From positions 34,541-98,540 of the forward strand of contig JANRJH010000019.1 of NCBI GenBank assembly GCA_033764075.1: a DNA stretch of 64,000 nucleotides, written 5' to 3'. The notes under the pieces were generated by a model, which worked only from the letters and a program-made list of their open reading frames with translations, was not told the DNA's origin and ran no database searches. How positions within the stretch are numbered: the first letter of the stretch is position 1; each line of letters begins with the position of its first letter. The DNA comes from Saprospiraceae bacterium (GTDB taxonomy: Bacteria > Bacteroidota > Bacteroidia > Chitinophagales > Saprospiraceae). Shown in pieces: positions 19,001-27,834 of the stretch. The position numbers were made by a program, and so were the translations under genes.

Positions 19001-19397
19001 GATCGGTGGCCGGTGTGCGGATCTCCGTCATGGTGGAGAAGCGCCGGCTGGTTTCCTTGACCACGGCGAATGCCTCGGGGAGTATGTCCAACAGGATGTC
19101 TTCCAGTGCTTTGTCGCGGTTTTTGCGCAGGGCATCAACCTCTTTGAACAAGGCGTCCTTGTCGTTGAAGTCCTCGGTTTCAATGGCCTGCTGTTCAACA
19201 CGCTGTATCTCATCGTCGATGTCGCTGAGATAATCGGCTATGCGGTCGCGGAAAGCCTGCGTTTTGCCGCGCAGTTCGTCATTCGACAAAGATTGGAAGC
19301 GCTCGAAGTGTTCGTTGATGGCGAACACCACTTGCTGGTACTGTTTCAGGTCCCGATCCTGTTTGGTCCCCAGTATTTTTTTTATAAATCCGAACAT
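16041..19397 (-). CDS. secA: Preprotein translocase ATPase SecA
   Basis: 1118 aa. DEAD motor motifs (MATGEGKTLV, DEVDS) and a C-terminal zinc-binding CPCGSGKKYKHCHG. Confidence 0.97.
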   Translation of the reverse strand: MFGFIKKILGTKQDRDLKQYQQVVFAINEHFERFQSLSNDELRGKTQAFRDRIADYLSDIDDEIQRVEQQAIETEDFNDKDALFKEVDALRKNRDKALEDILLDILPEAFAVVKETSRRFSTMTEIRTPATDHDRALAARPDKSYVRLEGDEAVWSNSWKAAGGDITWNMVHYDVQLFGGMVLHDGKIAEMATGEGKTLVATLPAYLNGVAGQGVHIVTVNDYLARRDQEWVGPIYEFLLLTVDCIDKHRPNSQERRQAYRADIIFGTNSEFGFDYLRDNMVISPEELVQRKHHYAIVDEVDSVLIDDARTPLIISGPVTRGADDQEYVDLNPTVKRLVDEQAKLASRFLADAKKLFAAGETGHDEGQAGLSLLRAHRALPKSRALIKFLSEPGMKVALQKTEDVYLQENAKRMPEVDRELLFHIDEKNRQVELTEKGVEYLSQFNNEESFFILPDIGSELVKIDQDNSLGDAEKAEAKELLSQDYGVKSRRIHAVHQLLKAYTLFERDDEYIVKDGEVKIVDEQTGRVMEGRRYSDGLHQAIEAKENVKVGEITQTYATVTLQNYFRMYHKLAGMTGTAETEAKELWDIYKLDVVVIPTNRNISRQDKDDLVFKTAREKYNAVIDEIIGLREAGRPVLVGTTSVEISEFLSRVLKQRGIDHNVLNAKQHQREAEIVAEAGLSGKVTIATNMAGRGTDIKLGPGVKDAGGLAIIGTERHESRRVDRQLRGRAGRQGDPGSSQFYVSLEDSLMRLFQSERIAGLMDRMGHQEGDMIQHSMVTKSIERAQKKVEENNFGIRKRLLEYDDVMNIQREAIYRKRRNALFGDRLAVDINNAFFAIASELVQVHRHRGDFDTFRMDSLRAIGYDPVGMDAQTFKSASEASVINTFFDHILEAYHRKRQQVGERLLPLIRNVREREGNRYRRIVVPFSDGAMGLNISADIDDAIRTEGKSIMTDVEKVATLALIDDAWKEHLRNIDDLKDSVQGASFEQKDPLVIYKMEAFNLFEGLIGHINANVTSFLLKGTLDIPTDDDMRRAQQRQQMDEAHRRAQANRLKANNSGQQMTESQAAAQRAAQAAGQAAQPVQKVAPMVREKVVGRNDPCPCGSGKKYKHCHGK

Positions 19398-19410
19398 ATT
19401 CTTGTGTTGT

Positions 19411-19627
19411 GGGCTATCGGTTGTCGGTAGCCGGCTATCGGTAGTCGGCTATCGGTAGTGGGCTATCGGTAGTGGGCTATCGGTAGTGGGCTATCGGTTG
19501 TCGGCTATCGGCTTTCAGTAGTCGGCTATCGGACGTCTGGCATCAGCTACCGACTACCGACTACCGAAAGACGACTACCGAAAGCCGACTACCGACTACT
19601 GATAGCCGACTACCGATAGCCGAAAGC
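19411..19627. repeat. About 31 in-phase heptamers (CGGTAGT/CGGCTAT, then the complementary CGACTAC/CGATAGC) forming a long imperfect inverted array
   Basis: Read directly from the sequence. Orientation switches near 19537. The array starts 14 nt upstream of the secA ATG. Confidence 0.8.
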
Positions 19628-19875
19628 GCAAAGGTACGGTTTTTCCGGGCCGGTAAAAAGCAACCTAACGGCACAATTCATACCAACAGACGCCGGCTGA
19701 CAAAATGGCGCATGCTGGCGCGCGCGGGGTACAAGCATCGGGTGCCGATGGCAGCCGGGAAAAGGAAGGGCTAATTGCTCATTTTGATCATTTTGATCGA
19801 TTTACAACTACTGCATTGAACCAAAAGCCTGCGCAGATGTCTATAGTGGCTATTCACCAAACCTATTGCTTTCCA

Positions 19876-20673
19876 ATGAAACGTCAACAGTACTTTCTTT
19901 TTGTCTTTTTGCTGGCCGTTGTCGCTGCGTTCAACTCCGCATACAACCCAAGCAACCCGCCCACCGGCCGCACCGGCGCACCGGGCGAACTTACCTGCCA
20001 GGCTTCCGGCTGCCATGGCGGCGGCACTTTTACCGGTACCGTCAATATTTCCGGTGTACCGGATACGGTATTTGCCGGGCAAAGTTACCCCATCACCCTA
20101 ACTCAGGCAAGCAATGCAGAAGTAGGTGGTTTTCAATTGACAGCCCTCGACAACGCCAATATGCGGGCCGGTACTTTACAACAGGGGTCCGGTTCGAATG
20201 TAACCACCAGTTTCAACGGGCGCCAGTACGTGCGCCAGTCTTTCCCCAAAGATCTCACGGGCGGCAATGTTTCCTGGACGTTCAACTGGACGGCGCCCAA
20301 CTCGGCGGCTGGAAATCGCATTACCTTTTATTTTTCATCGCTGGCGGCCAACGGCAACGGCGGCAGTAGCGGGGATAATGTGCTCGTAAACAATCGGCCG
20401 GTGACCCTCACGACCATGGTGTCCGCTTTCGACCCACAAAACGAAGCAAAGGTGTCCATCACGCCGACCCTGGTTTCCGAGGCGTTCCGCATCGAACTGC
20501 TGGAGTCGGCAACGGGTTACCTGCACCTGTTCGACCATCAGGGGCGCCTGGTACGCGAGCAGCCGCTCAACGGCTTAAGCACCATTCCGGTGGCGGATTT
20601 GCCGAAGGGTATCTACATTGTGCGGGTACAGGCCGAAGGCAAACTGAAGTCGGAACGCATTGTGGTACAGTAA
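19876..20673 (+). CDS. Secreted protein with a T9SS C-terminal sorting domain
   Basis: Signal peptide MKRQQYFLFVFLLAVVAAF. The C-terminal ~75 aa match the Por secretion tail pattern (...LPKGIYIVRVQAEGKLKSERIVVQ). The N-terminal motif is GAPGELTCQASGCHGG. Confidence 0.75.
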   Translation: MKRQQYFLFVFLLAVVAAFNSAYNPSNPPTGRTGAPGELTCQASGCHGGGTFTGTVNISGVPDTVFAGQSYPITLTQASNAEVGGFQLTALDNANMRAGTLQQGSGSNVTTSFNGRQYVRQSFPKDLTGGNVSWTFNWTAPNSAAGNRITFYFSSLAANGNGGSSGDNVLVNNRPVTLTTMVSAFDPQNEAKVSITPTLVSEAFRIELLESATGYLHLFDHQGRLVREQPLNGLSTIPVADLPKGIYIVRVQAEGKLKSERIVVQ

Positions 20674-20746
20674 CGAAATGCTGCAACACAACCGGTAAAA
20701 AGGATATGGACCGGTTCCACGTTTAGCCGCAACTTTGTTTAACGAA

Positions 20747-20787
20747 ATTTTAGCGCCTGTCAGGACCTTCCGGACAGGCGCTAAAAA
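20747..20787. terminator. Hairpin between the T9SS cargo gene and the thioredoxin gene (possible terminator, no clear U-tract)
   Basis: TTTTAGCGCCTGTC ... GACAGGCGCTAAAA, about a 15-bp stem. Confidence 0.3.
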
Positions 20788-20811
20788 TGTTACCTGCCAA
20801 AATCATTGCTC

Positions 20812-21591
20812 ATGTCATTCGAAAAAGACGTCATCGAACGCAGCCAGGAACTGCCGGTAATGGTCGACTTCTGGGCGCCATGGTGCGGCCCCTGCCGGGT
20901 GCTGGGTCCGGTGCTGGAAAGCCTGGCCGAAGAACAGCGTGGCCGTTGGGCGCTGGTAAAGATCAACACCGAGGAAGACCAGGCTACGGCATCGCGGTTC
21001 AACATCCGCAGCATCCCGCATGTGAAGCTCTTTCACCGGGGGGAAGTGGTCGGCGAGTTTACCGGAGCACTCACCCGCCCGATGGTGGAAAAATTTCTGG
21101 AAGAACATTTACCCAATCCGGCGCTGATGGATCTGCAGGCGTTGTTGCTCGACTACCCCGACGGAAGCCCCGAACTCGTTGAACAACTGGAACGTTTGCT
21201 GGAAGCGCATCCGCAGGAGCCGGCCATTGCCCTGGCCCTGGCACTCCGCCTGGTGTGGAGCCGTCCGGAAGAAGCGCTGGCCCTGATCGATGCGGCGACA
21301 CCCGGAAGCAAAACAAATGCGCAGGCAGAAGACGTGCGCACACTGGTGGAACTCGTCGGCATAAGCGAAGGCAAAGAACCGGTCGTACAACATTTGAATA
21401 AAGCAAAAAGTGCCCTCCAGCGCGGCAGCCAGGAGGACGGCATCGGACAGATTATTGCCGCTGTGGTGGCCGACAAGCACTACGCCAACGACCTGCCTAG
21501 GCGCGCAGCGGTGGCCCTGTTCAGGCTTTGGGGCGAGCAGCACCCGCTGACCCAGGGCCACCGTCGCGCCTTCAGTATGGCGCTCAATTAG
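20812..21591 (+). CDS. Thioredoxin-domain protein with a C-terminal TPR-like extension (YbbN/CnoX-like)
   Basis: WAPWCGPC active site followed by a ~150-aa helical extension. The first ATG is at 20812; the ORF-track start is TTG. Confidence 0.85.
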   Translation: MSFEKDVIERSQELPVMVDFWAPWCGPCRVLGPVLESLAEEQRGRWALVKINTEEDQATASRFNIRSIPHVKLFHRGEVVGEFTGALTRPMVEKFLEEHLPNPALMDLQALLLDYPDGSPELVEQLERLLEAHPQEPAIALALALRLVWSRPEEALALIDAATPGSKTNAQAEDVRTLVELVGISEGKEPVVQHLNKAKSALQRGSQEDGIGQIIAAVVADKHYANDLPRRAAVALFRLWGEQHPLTQGHRRAFSMALN

Positions 21592-21600
21592 CGCGCGGCA

Positions 21601-22329
21601 TTATTTTTTGTCCTGCTTGGCAAACACTTTGCGCAGCAGGTCGCTGTCGCGCTGCCCGATGTCGCTGCGAATGCTGCGCTCTTTCTTTTCCACAAGCGAG
21701 AAAAGACCGTCGAGCGCCTTTTGGGTCACGTGGTCGTCCAGCTCCGGATTGGTCTTCTGCACCAGCGGAATTTTGTTGTACGCGTTCACGGCGTTTCGCC
21801 AGTATTCGCGGGCGTTTACTTCGTCCAGTGACTGGCTGATTACCGGTTTGAACTCGCTGTACAACTGCTTCGACGTCGTTTTTTTCAGGTACTCGGTAGC
21901 GGCGTTTTGCTCGCCGGTCAGGATGTTGAGGGCGTCCTGAAACGTCATCTGCTTGATGGCTGACGCAAAAATGGGCGTTGCCTTTTTGGCTGCCAGTTCG
22001 GCAGCCCTGTTCATGCGTTCGGTAAGCTCGGCTTCAACATTGGAGAATCCGGGAACGCTTTTCAGCGCGTCGGCCACCGCCTGGGCTTCTTTGGGCATCA
22101 GGATCTTGTACGGACTTTTGAAATAGCCGTCCTGCGCAGAAAGAGACTTCACAGCCTCATCAACGCCTTTGTTCAGGGCCTCCTTGAGGCCCCGGCCGGC
22201 CTCATCCTGGCTGATGGCGCCTCCGCCCGACAACACCTGCTGGCCCTTTTTCAACATGCCGTCGAGTTGGGCCTGGGCAAGAGACGTGGCAAGAAAAACG
22301 ATGGACAGGGTAATGAACAATTTTTGCAT
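21601..22329 (-). CDS. DUF4197 domain-containing secreted protein
   Basis: Signal peptide plus the motif LSQDEAGRGLKEALNKGV...DGYFKSPYKILMP, which I recognise as the DUF4197 family. Confidence 0.7.
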   Translation of the reverse strand: MQKLFITLSIVFLATSLAQAQLDGMLKKGQQVLSGGGAISQDEAGRGLKEALNKGVDEAVKSLSAQDGYFKSPYKILMPKEAQAVADALKSVPGFSNVEAELTERMNRAAELAAKKATPIFASAIKQMTFQDALNILTGEQNAATEYLKKTTSKQLYSEFKPVISQSLDEVNAREYWRNAVNAYNKIPLVQKTNPELDDHVTQKALDGLFSLVEKKERSIRSDIGQRDSDLLRKVFAKQDKK

Positions 22330-22574
22330 GGTCTGTTTGTTTGCTGCTTTAAACGAAGGAGGGCCGCCGAAGTAGCTGTAAAACTGGCGGTTTAGGTTTT
22401 AATTAACGAAAGGCAGACGACCACGGCGCCGTGCGCTTTCCGTAAGCTGGCATTTTTCGATAGTTTTGTTTAATTTTTACAAAAGTACACAACCAAAAGA
22501 CTCAACAAAAGTGCTGGGCGCCCGTTTCATGGTCGCTTTTATTTATTCACTTAACCAACTAACAAGTACAGACC

Positions 22575-23516
22575 ATGAAAAAAGTATTGTTGTTTGCGCT
22601 CCTGTTTGGAGCAGCTTCCCTGTTTTCTGTTGCGTGTAACGACGACGACGACGATAACGACGGCCCCGGCACCATCCTCGCCGAGCTGAACCGGAATCCC
22701 AACCTGAGTACCCTGGTAGACGCTCTGGAAGCAGCCGATCTGGATCAGGTGTTCAACGGCAGCCAGCAGCTCACGCTGTTTGCACCCGACAACGCCGCAT
22801 TCGCCAAATTGCTCACCGATCTGGGCTTCACCAGCCTGAGCCAGGTGCCGGTAGACGTACTGACCGATGTTCTGCTGAACCACGTGGTGGCCGGCGAAGT
22901 AAAGTCGGGCAGCCTGAGCACCGGTTATGTTCCCTCGCTGTTGACTTACGGTACCACCACCGACGTTTACGTCAACCTGTTTGTCAACCTGGCTGGCGGC
23001 GTGAAAATAAACGACGCAACGGTTACCACGGCAGACGTAGACGCCTCCAACGGCGTGATCCACGTGATCAACAAGGTGATGTTGCCCGCCACGGTGGTGA
23101 ACCACGCGGTGAACAACCCCGACTTCTCTTCCCTGGTGGCCGCGCTGACGCGCTCCGACCTGGGTGTCGACTATGTAACGCTCCTGAGTGGCACCGGCCC
23201 TTTCACGGTGTTCGCGCCGAACAATGCAGCGTTTGCCGCGCTGCTCACGGAACTGGGCCTTACCAACCTGAGTCAGATTCCGGCCGCTACGCTGAACGCC
23301 GTGTTGCAGTACCACGTGGCCAACGGCAACGTACGCGCCGAAAACCTGACCAACGGACAGGTGGTAACCACCCTTCAAACGGGTACATTCACGGTGAACC
23401 TCACCGGCGGCGCCAAAATTCTGGACGCCAAGGGTCGTACCTCCAACATCATCGCGACCAACGTACAGGGCACAAACGGTGTGGTGCACGCCATTGACAA
23501 GGTGTTGCTCCCCTGA
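22575..23516 (+). CDS. Fasciclin (FAS1) domain protein, two domains, lipoprotein-like signal
   Basis: Two TLFAPDNAAF / TVFAPNNAAF motifs and two NGV(I/V)H(V/A)I(N/D)KV(M/L)LP motifs. Confidence 0.85.
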   Translation: MKKVLLFALLFGAASLFSVACNDDDDDNDGPGTILAELNRNPNLSTLVDALEAADLDQVFNGSQQLTLFAPDNAAFAKLLTDLGFTSLSQVPVDVLTDVLLNHVVAGEVKSGSLSTGYVPSLLTYGTTTDVYVNLFVNLAGGVKINDATVTTADVDASNGVIHVINKVMLPATVVNHAVNNPDFSSLVAALTRSDLGVDYVTLLSGTGPFTVFAPNNAAFAALLTELGLTNLSQIPAATLNAVLQYHVANGNVRAENLTNGQVVTTLQTGTFTVNLTGGAKILDAKGRTSNIIATNVQGTNGVVHAIDKVLLP

Positions 23517-23540
23517 TCCCTTTTTGCATCAACGGCTCGT

Positions 23541-23580
23541 CCCCTCTGCCCCCTTGTGTGGGCAGGGGGGATGTTTTTTT
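23541..23580 (+). terminator. Intrinsic terminator after the fasciclin gene
   Basis: GC-rich stem CCCCTCTGCCC / GGGCAGGGGGG with one mismatch, an 8-nt loop, then ATGTTTTTTT. Confidence 0.55.
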
Positions 23581-24886
23581 ATCCGCCGGAGATCATGCCC
23601 GCGAGCGTGGCGTTCAGAAAACCCGCGAACGAGCCGCCGATGAGCGCCCGGTACCCCAGTTCGGTGAGGGCGGTGCGCTGGTTGGGCGCCAGGGTGCCGA
23701 TGCCGCCGATCTGTATGCCGATCGAGGCGAAATTCGCGAAACCGCAAAGGGCGTACACAGCGATGACCACGGAGCGGGGGTGCAGCCCAAGCCCTTGCGC
23801 CTGCATATCGCCCAGGGTGCTGTAGGCGACAAATTCGTTGATCATGGTTTTCATGCCGAGCAGCTGGCCGATGAGGGTGATGTCCTGCATCGGCACGCCG
23901 ATGAGCCAGGCCAGGGGTGCGAACACAAGGGCGAGCAGGTAGGTGAAGGTGAGCCCGGTGAATCGGCCGTTGGTGCCGGCGGCGATCACCTCGTTGAGGC
24001 CCGTCCAGTGGCCTACCGTGTGCTGGAGCAGCCAGTTGAGCATGTAGACGAGGGCGGTGAACACGATGAGCATGGCGCCCACGTTTACGGCCAGCCGGAG
24101 TCCGTCGGTGGTGCCGATGGCGATGGCATCGAGCAGGTTGCTGCCGATGCGGGTTTCGGTGTGGCTGAGTTTTTCCAGGTCTATCTTTTCGGTTTCCGGC
24201 AGCAGGATCTTGGCGCACAGGATCGCACCCGGAGCCGCCATCATGGAGGCCGAGAGCAGGTGGCGGGCGAAATACAGTTGTTTCTCGGGGTCGCTGCCGC
24301 CCAGGAAGCCCACATAGGCGGCGAACACACCACCGGCGATGGTGGCCATGCCGCCGGTCATCAGGCACAGGAGTTCGGAGCGCGACATGCCGGCGAGGTA
24401 GGGTCGGATGAGCAGGGGGGCTTCTGTTTGCCCGATGAATACGTTGGCGGCGGCGGCAAGGCTTTCCGGGCCGCTGAGGCCCATGCTGCGGGTGAGCACC
24501 CAGGCGATGCCGTAGACAATTCTTTGCAGGATGCCAAAGTGAAAAAGCACAGCCGAGAGGGCCGAGTAAAACATGACGGTGGGCAACACCCGAAAGGCGA
24601 ATATGTAGGCGGGCGCTTTTTTGGTGGCCATGTCGCCAAATAAAAAGGATGCGCCGTACTCCGACCACTCGATCACATAGATGAATATTTTGGCAAACTG
24701 ATCAAAGGCCCAGCCCACAGCCGGCACGCGCAACACCAGCAGGGCAAACACCAGCTGCAGGGCGAGTCCGGCCCCCACCAGCCGCCAGTTGATGGCTTTC
24801 CGGTTGGCACTCAGCAGGTATAAAATGCCGATCAGCGCCGCCAGGCCGAGCAGTCCCCGGCCGATTATCTGTATCCACTCCATCAT
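23579..24886 (-). CDS. NupC/CNT-family nucleoside transporter
   Basis: Polytopic membrane protein with the N-terminal pattern LLGLAALIGILYLLSANRKAINWRLV and CNT-family C-terminal motifs. The ORF-track start is TTG; I chose ATG 24886. Confidence 0.85.
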   Translation of the reverse strand: MMEWIQIIGRGLLGLAALIGILYLLSANRKAINWRLVGAGLALQLVFALLVLRVPAVGWAFDQFAKIFIYVIEWSEYGASFLFGDMATKKAPAYIFAFRVLPTVMFYSALSAVLFHFGILQRIVYGIAWVLTRSMGLSGPESLAAAANVFIGQTEAPLLIRPYLAGMSRSELLCLMTGGMATIAGGVFAAYVGFLGGSDPEKQLYFARHLLSASMMAAPGAILCAKILLPETEKIDLEKLSHTETRIGSNLLDAIAIGTTDGLRLAVNVGAMLIVFTALVYMLNWLLQHTVGHWTGLNEVIAAGTNGRFTGLTFTYLLALVFAPLAWLIGVPMQDITLIGQLLGMKTMINEFVAYSTLGDMQAQGLGLHPRSVVIAVYALCGFANFASIGIQIGGIGTLAPNQRTALTELGYRALIGGSFAGFLNATLAGMISGG

Positions 24887-25087
24887 GATTGACCATTTTT
24901 TGGCCTGCAAAGTACGGGGACTGCGCCATTGCGCCGGTTTTTTTTCGCCGGGCCGGCCACACGGGCAAGCGGGTCGCCGGCCCGCGACAACAGGTATCTC
25001 GCCCGCTGCTTACCTTTGCCCTTTCAAAGCGAAAAGACAGGGCGTGGGCAGGCGATCTCCCGCACCCCGAACGCTGAACTCCTTTTC

Positions 25088-25720
25088 ATGAAACCACTGG
25101 TCATCGGCATTTGCGGCGGTAGCGGCAGCGGAAAAACATCGTTTATCCGCAGCCTGCGCCATGCGTTTACCACTGCCGAGTTGTGTATTATTTCCCAGGA
25201 CGACTATTACCGCCCCATTCAGGAGCAAAGGACCGACGCGCAAGGCATTCACAATTTCGACCGACCGGCAGCGGTGGACAAAAAGGCCCTGCGCCATGAC
25301 CTGGAATGCCTCATGCGGGGAGAGGTGGTGGAGCGGCTCGAATACACGTTCAACAACCCGCTGGCCTCGCCGGCAAAACTGGTCTTCCACCCGGCGCCGG
25401 TGATCATTGTGGAGGGTCTGTTTGTTTTTCATTTTAAAAAACTCAGGCCCTGCTTCGATCTCAAGCTGTTTGTGAATGCCAAGGAAAACCTGAAGGTAAT
25501 CCGCCGCATTCGCCGCGACCAGATTGAGCGCAACTACCCCATTGAAGACGTGCTGTACCGATACGAACACCATGTGCTGCCGGCCTACGAGCGGTATGTG
25601 TTGCCTTACCGCGAAGAGGCTGATCTGGTGATCAACAACAACGACGACTTTGAGCGCGCCCTGCGGGTGCTGGGCGGGTTTTTGCGCCAGCATTTGAACG
25701 GCCGTTCTGCCAATGAATAA
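25088..25720 (+). CDS. udk: Uridine kinase
   Basis: P-loop GICGGSGSGKTS and the uridine kinase pattern. Trimmed to ATG 25088. Confidence 0.9.
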   Translation: MKPLVIGICGGSGSGKTSFIRSLRHAFTTAELCIISQDDYYRPIQEQRTDAQGIHNFDRPAAVDKKALRHDLECLMRGEVVERLEYTFNNPLASPAKLVFHPAPVIIVEGLFVFHFKKLRPCFDLKLFVNAKENLKVIRRIRRDQIERNYPIEDVLYRYEHHVLPAYERYVLPYREEADLVINNNDDFERALRVLGGFLRQHLNGRSANE

Positions 25721-25735
25721 ATAACGTACATACCG

Positions 25736-26170
25736 ATGATCCAACGCATCCAGACCGTATTCCTCCTGCTGGCCGCCGTGAGCGCCGGCCTGCCGCTGTG
25801 GTTGCCTTACCTGACCGGCAATTCGGCCCTGCCCATCTTCGCCGACGGGCAGTTCAACGCGTTCGACAACCCGGGGCTGCTGGGACTCTGCGTGTTGAGC
25901 GGTGTGCTGGGGCTGGCCGCCGTATTCCTGTACAGCAACCGCCCCTTGCAGGCGCGCATCGCCGGCGCCGGCGCTGTAGTGTCCTTGTTCGCCCTCTTGC
26001 TGCTGGGTTTCACGCTGTACCAGGTGTACGCACAGGAAAAAGCCAACTGGCCCCTGCAATTGGGCGCTTCGCTCTTTTTGTCGCCCCTGGCCGTGGTGCT
26101 CTTCTGGCTGGCCCTGCGCGCCATCCGCAAGGACGAGTCCCTGGTGAAATCCATGGACCGCCTCCGTTGA
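25736..26170 (+). CDS. DUF4293 family membrane protein
   Basis: MIQRIQTVFLLLA N-terminus and four TM segments, typical of this Bacteroidota family. Confidence 0.7.
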   Translation: MIQRIQTVFLLLAAVSAGLPLWLPYLTGNSALPIFADGQFNAFDNPGLLGLCVLSGVLGLAAVFLYSNRPLQARIAGAGAVVSLFALLLLGFTLYQVYAQEKANWPLQLGASLFLSPLAVVLFWLALRAIRKDESLVKSMDRLR

Positions 26171-26173
26171 CCC

Positions 26174-26629
26174 ATGCCGGTGCACGTCGACTACCTGTTG
26201 TACCAACCGGCCCTGCGCCTGCGCACCGACGCCGGGCAGCAGCAGGTGTACGACCCCGTGCGCCGGAAGTACGTAGCGCTTACACCGGAGGAGCACGTGC
26301 GACAGTTGGTGTTGCAGTATTTTTTGTCGGAAATAAACTACCCCCTGGGGCGCATCCGCTCCGAAATCGGCATTGTGGTGAACGGCATGCCCCGGCGCTG
26401 CGACATTGTGGTGTTCGACCGGGCGCTGCAGCCCTGGCTGGTGGTGGAATGCAAATCGCCCAAGGTAGCCCTCACGCAGGGTGTTGCCGACCAGGCGGCG
26501 CGGTACAACCTGTCACTACGGGCGCCATATCTGGCGGTGACGAACGGTGTGTCGACGTATTGTTGCGAGGTGGATCTGGGGGCGGGGAGTTTTTTTTGGC
26601 TGGATGGGTTTCCGGGGTATGGGGGGTAG
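26174..26629 (+). CDS. HsdR N-terminal (restriction-endonuclease-like fold) domain protein
   Basis: 151 aa with the pattern PEEHVRQ...L....YP...I..E......G...R.DIVVF, characteristic of HSDR_N_2-type small proteins. Confidence 0.65.
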   Translation: MPVHVDYLLYQPALRLRTDAGQQQVYDPVRRKYVALTPEEHVRQLVLQYFLSEINYPLGRIRSEIGIVVNGMPRRCDIVVFDRALQPWLVVECKSPKVALTQGVADQAARYNLSLRAPYLAVTNGVSTYCCEVDLGAGSFFWLDGFPGYGG

Positions 26630-26634
26630 GTGTG

Positions 26635-27396
26635 TTACCCCTTCAACGCCGCCGCCCGCAACCGCTGCAAAAACGGCGAGGCAAAAATGAACGACTGCAG
26701 GTTCTCGTTGTCGCTGGCCAGCACGTCTTCTTTTCTGCCACTCCACTCCAGGTGGCCCAGGTGCAGGAAGCAGATGTTGTTGCCGATTTCCATCACCGAG
26801 TTCATATCGTGGGTATTGATGATGGTGGTGATGTTGTTTTCCTGGGTGATGTCGAGGATCAGCTCATCGATCACGATGGCGGTCTTCGGGTCGAGACCGG
26901 AGTTGGGCTCGTCGCAGAACAGGTATTCCGGTTCCAGCACGATGGCCCGGGCGATGCCCACGCGTTTTTGCATGCCGCCCGACAGTTCGGACGGGTACTT
27001 GCGGTTGTTGCCGCCCAGGTTCACGCGTTCGAGGCAGTAGTTCACGCGTTCGAGTTTCTGCCTGGCGGTCATGCTGGTGAACATATCGAGCGGGAAGCGG
27101 ACGTTTTGCTCTACGGACATGGAGTCAAACAGGGCGGAGCCCTGAAACAGCATACCCACCTTCATGCGCAGGGTGCGGAGCGCAAACTTGTCGAGGGCCG
27201 TCATTTCCACGTCTTTGTACCACACTTTGCCGGAGGAGGGTTGGAACAAGCCGACGAGGATTTTCATCAGCACCGTTTTGCCCGACCCGCTTCGCCCGAT
27301 GATGAGGTTGGTTTTGCCCGCCTCGAAGGTAAAGTCGATGCCCTTGAGCACGGTTTGCTCGCCAAACGTTTTGACAATTTGCTCTGCTCGGATCAT
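26635..27396 (-). CDS. ABC transporter ATP-binding protein (MlaF-like)
   Basis: Walker A GRSGSGKT, signature LSGGMQKR and Walker B LFCDEP. Confidence 0.9.
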   Translation of the reverse strand: MIRAEQIVKTFGEQTVLKGIDFTFEAGKTNLIIGRSGSGKTVLMKILVGLFQPSSGKVWYKDVEMTALDKFALRTLRMKVGMLFQGSALFDSMSVEQNVRFPLDMFTSMTARQKLERVNYCLERVNLGGNNRKYPSELSGGMQKRVGIARAIVLEPEYLFCDEPNSGLDPKTAIVIDELILDITQENNITTIINTHDMNSVMEIGNNICFLHLGHLEWSGRKEDVLASDNENLQSFIFASPFLQRLRAAALKG

Positions 27397-27405
27397 GGTC
27401 GTGGG

Positions 27406-27834
27406 TTACCAGTTTTTCAGTTGCACCGTGAGCGATTGGCCCGGCTTGAGCCGCACCTGTGTCTCTTCCCAGTTGGGCGGGCGCATTTTGGCGGTGTAAT
27501 TCCCGGAAAAGCCGTAGGGCTCTTTGGGGATGCCCGTCCAGGATTTATCCATTTGCCCGTTGGCGTTCGCATCGTGAAAGCAGCTGACGGCGTAGGCGCC
27601 CTCCGGCAGGCTCACCTGCTTCTCCAGGCAACCGGCTTGTTTGACCGGAATGATTTCCGCGTAGAAAGCCTTTTTTTCGTCGAGAAATCCTTCGGAACGG
27701 TTGTATACGGCTACAAACAGGCTGCCCTGGGCTTTTTGCAAGTTGCAAAAACGAAGGGTGACGGGTTGCTGTGCAGCGAGGGCAGCCGGCAAAAGAAATA
27801 AAGCCGACAGGTAACGACAGATGCCCCGGATCAT
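27406..27834 (-). CDS. DUF2141 domain-containing secreted protein
   Basis: 142 aa with a signal peptide and the motif HDANANGQMDKSWTGIPKEPYGFS. The ATG at 27834 overlaps the fbp TGA (ATGA). Confidence 0.7.
   Translation of the reverse strand: MIRGICRYLSALFLLPAALAAQQPVTLRFCNLQKAQGSLFVAVYNRSEGFLDEKKAFYAEIIPVKQAGCLEKQVSLPEGAYAVSCFHDANANGQMDKSWTGIPKEPYGFSGNYTAKMRPPNWEETQVRLKPGQSLTVQLKNW

Noticed and set aside
16848-19430. An 860-aa ORF antisense to secA. Similar long antisense or shadow ORFs include 11286-12656 (opposite dnaE), 46157-48235, 53632-55725, 25010-26296, 25798-27801, 23529-24668, 49168-50670, 14882-16081 and 36704-37693.
   Set aside because: Each overlaps a gene with strong family motifs on the other strand or frame. 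Their translations are low-complexity (G/A/V/R/H/P-rich) with no recognisable motifs. This is typical of stop-codon-poor shadow frames in GC-rich DNA.
19411-19627. Possible CRISPR array (regular short repeats), also considered for 28971-29082.
   Set aside because: The units are contiguous 7-mers without spacers, there are no cas genes, and the repeat length is far below CRISPR repeats.
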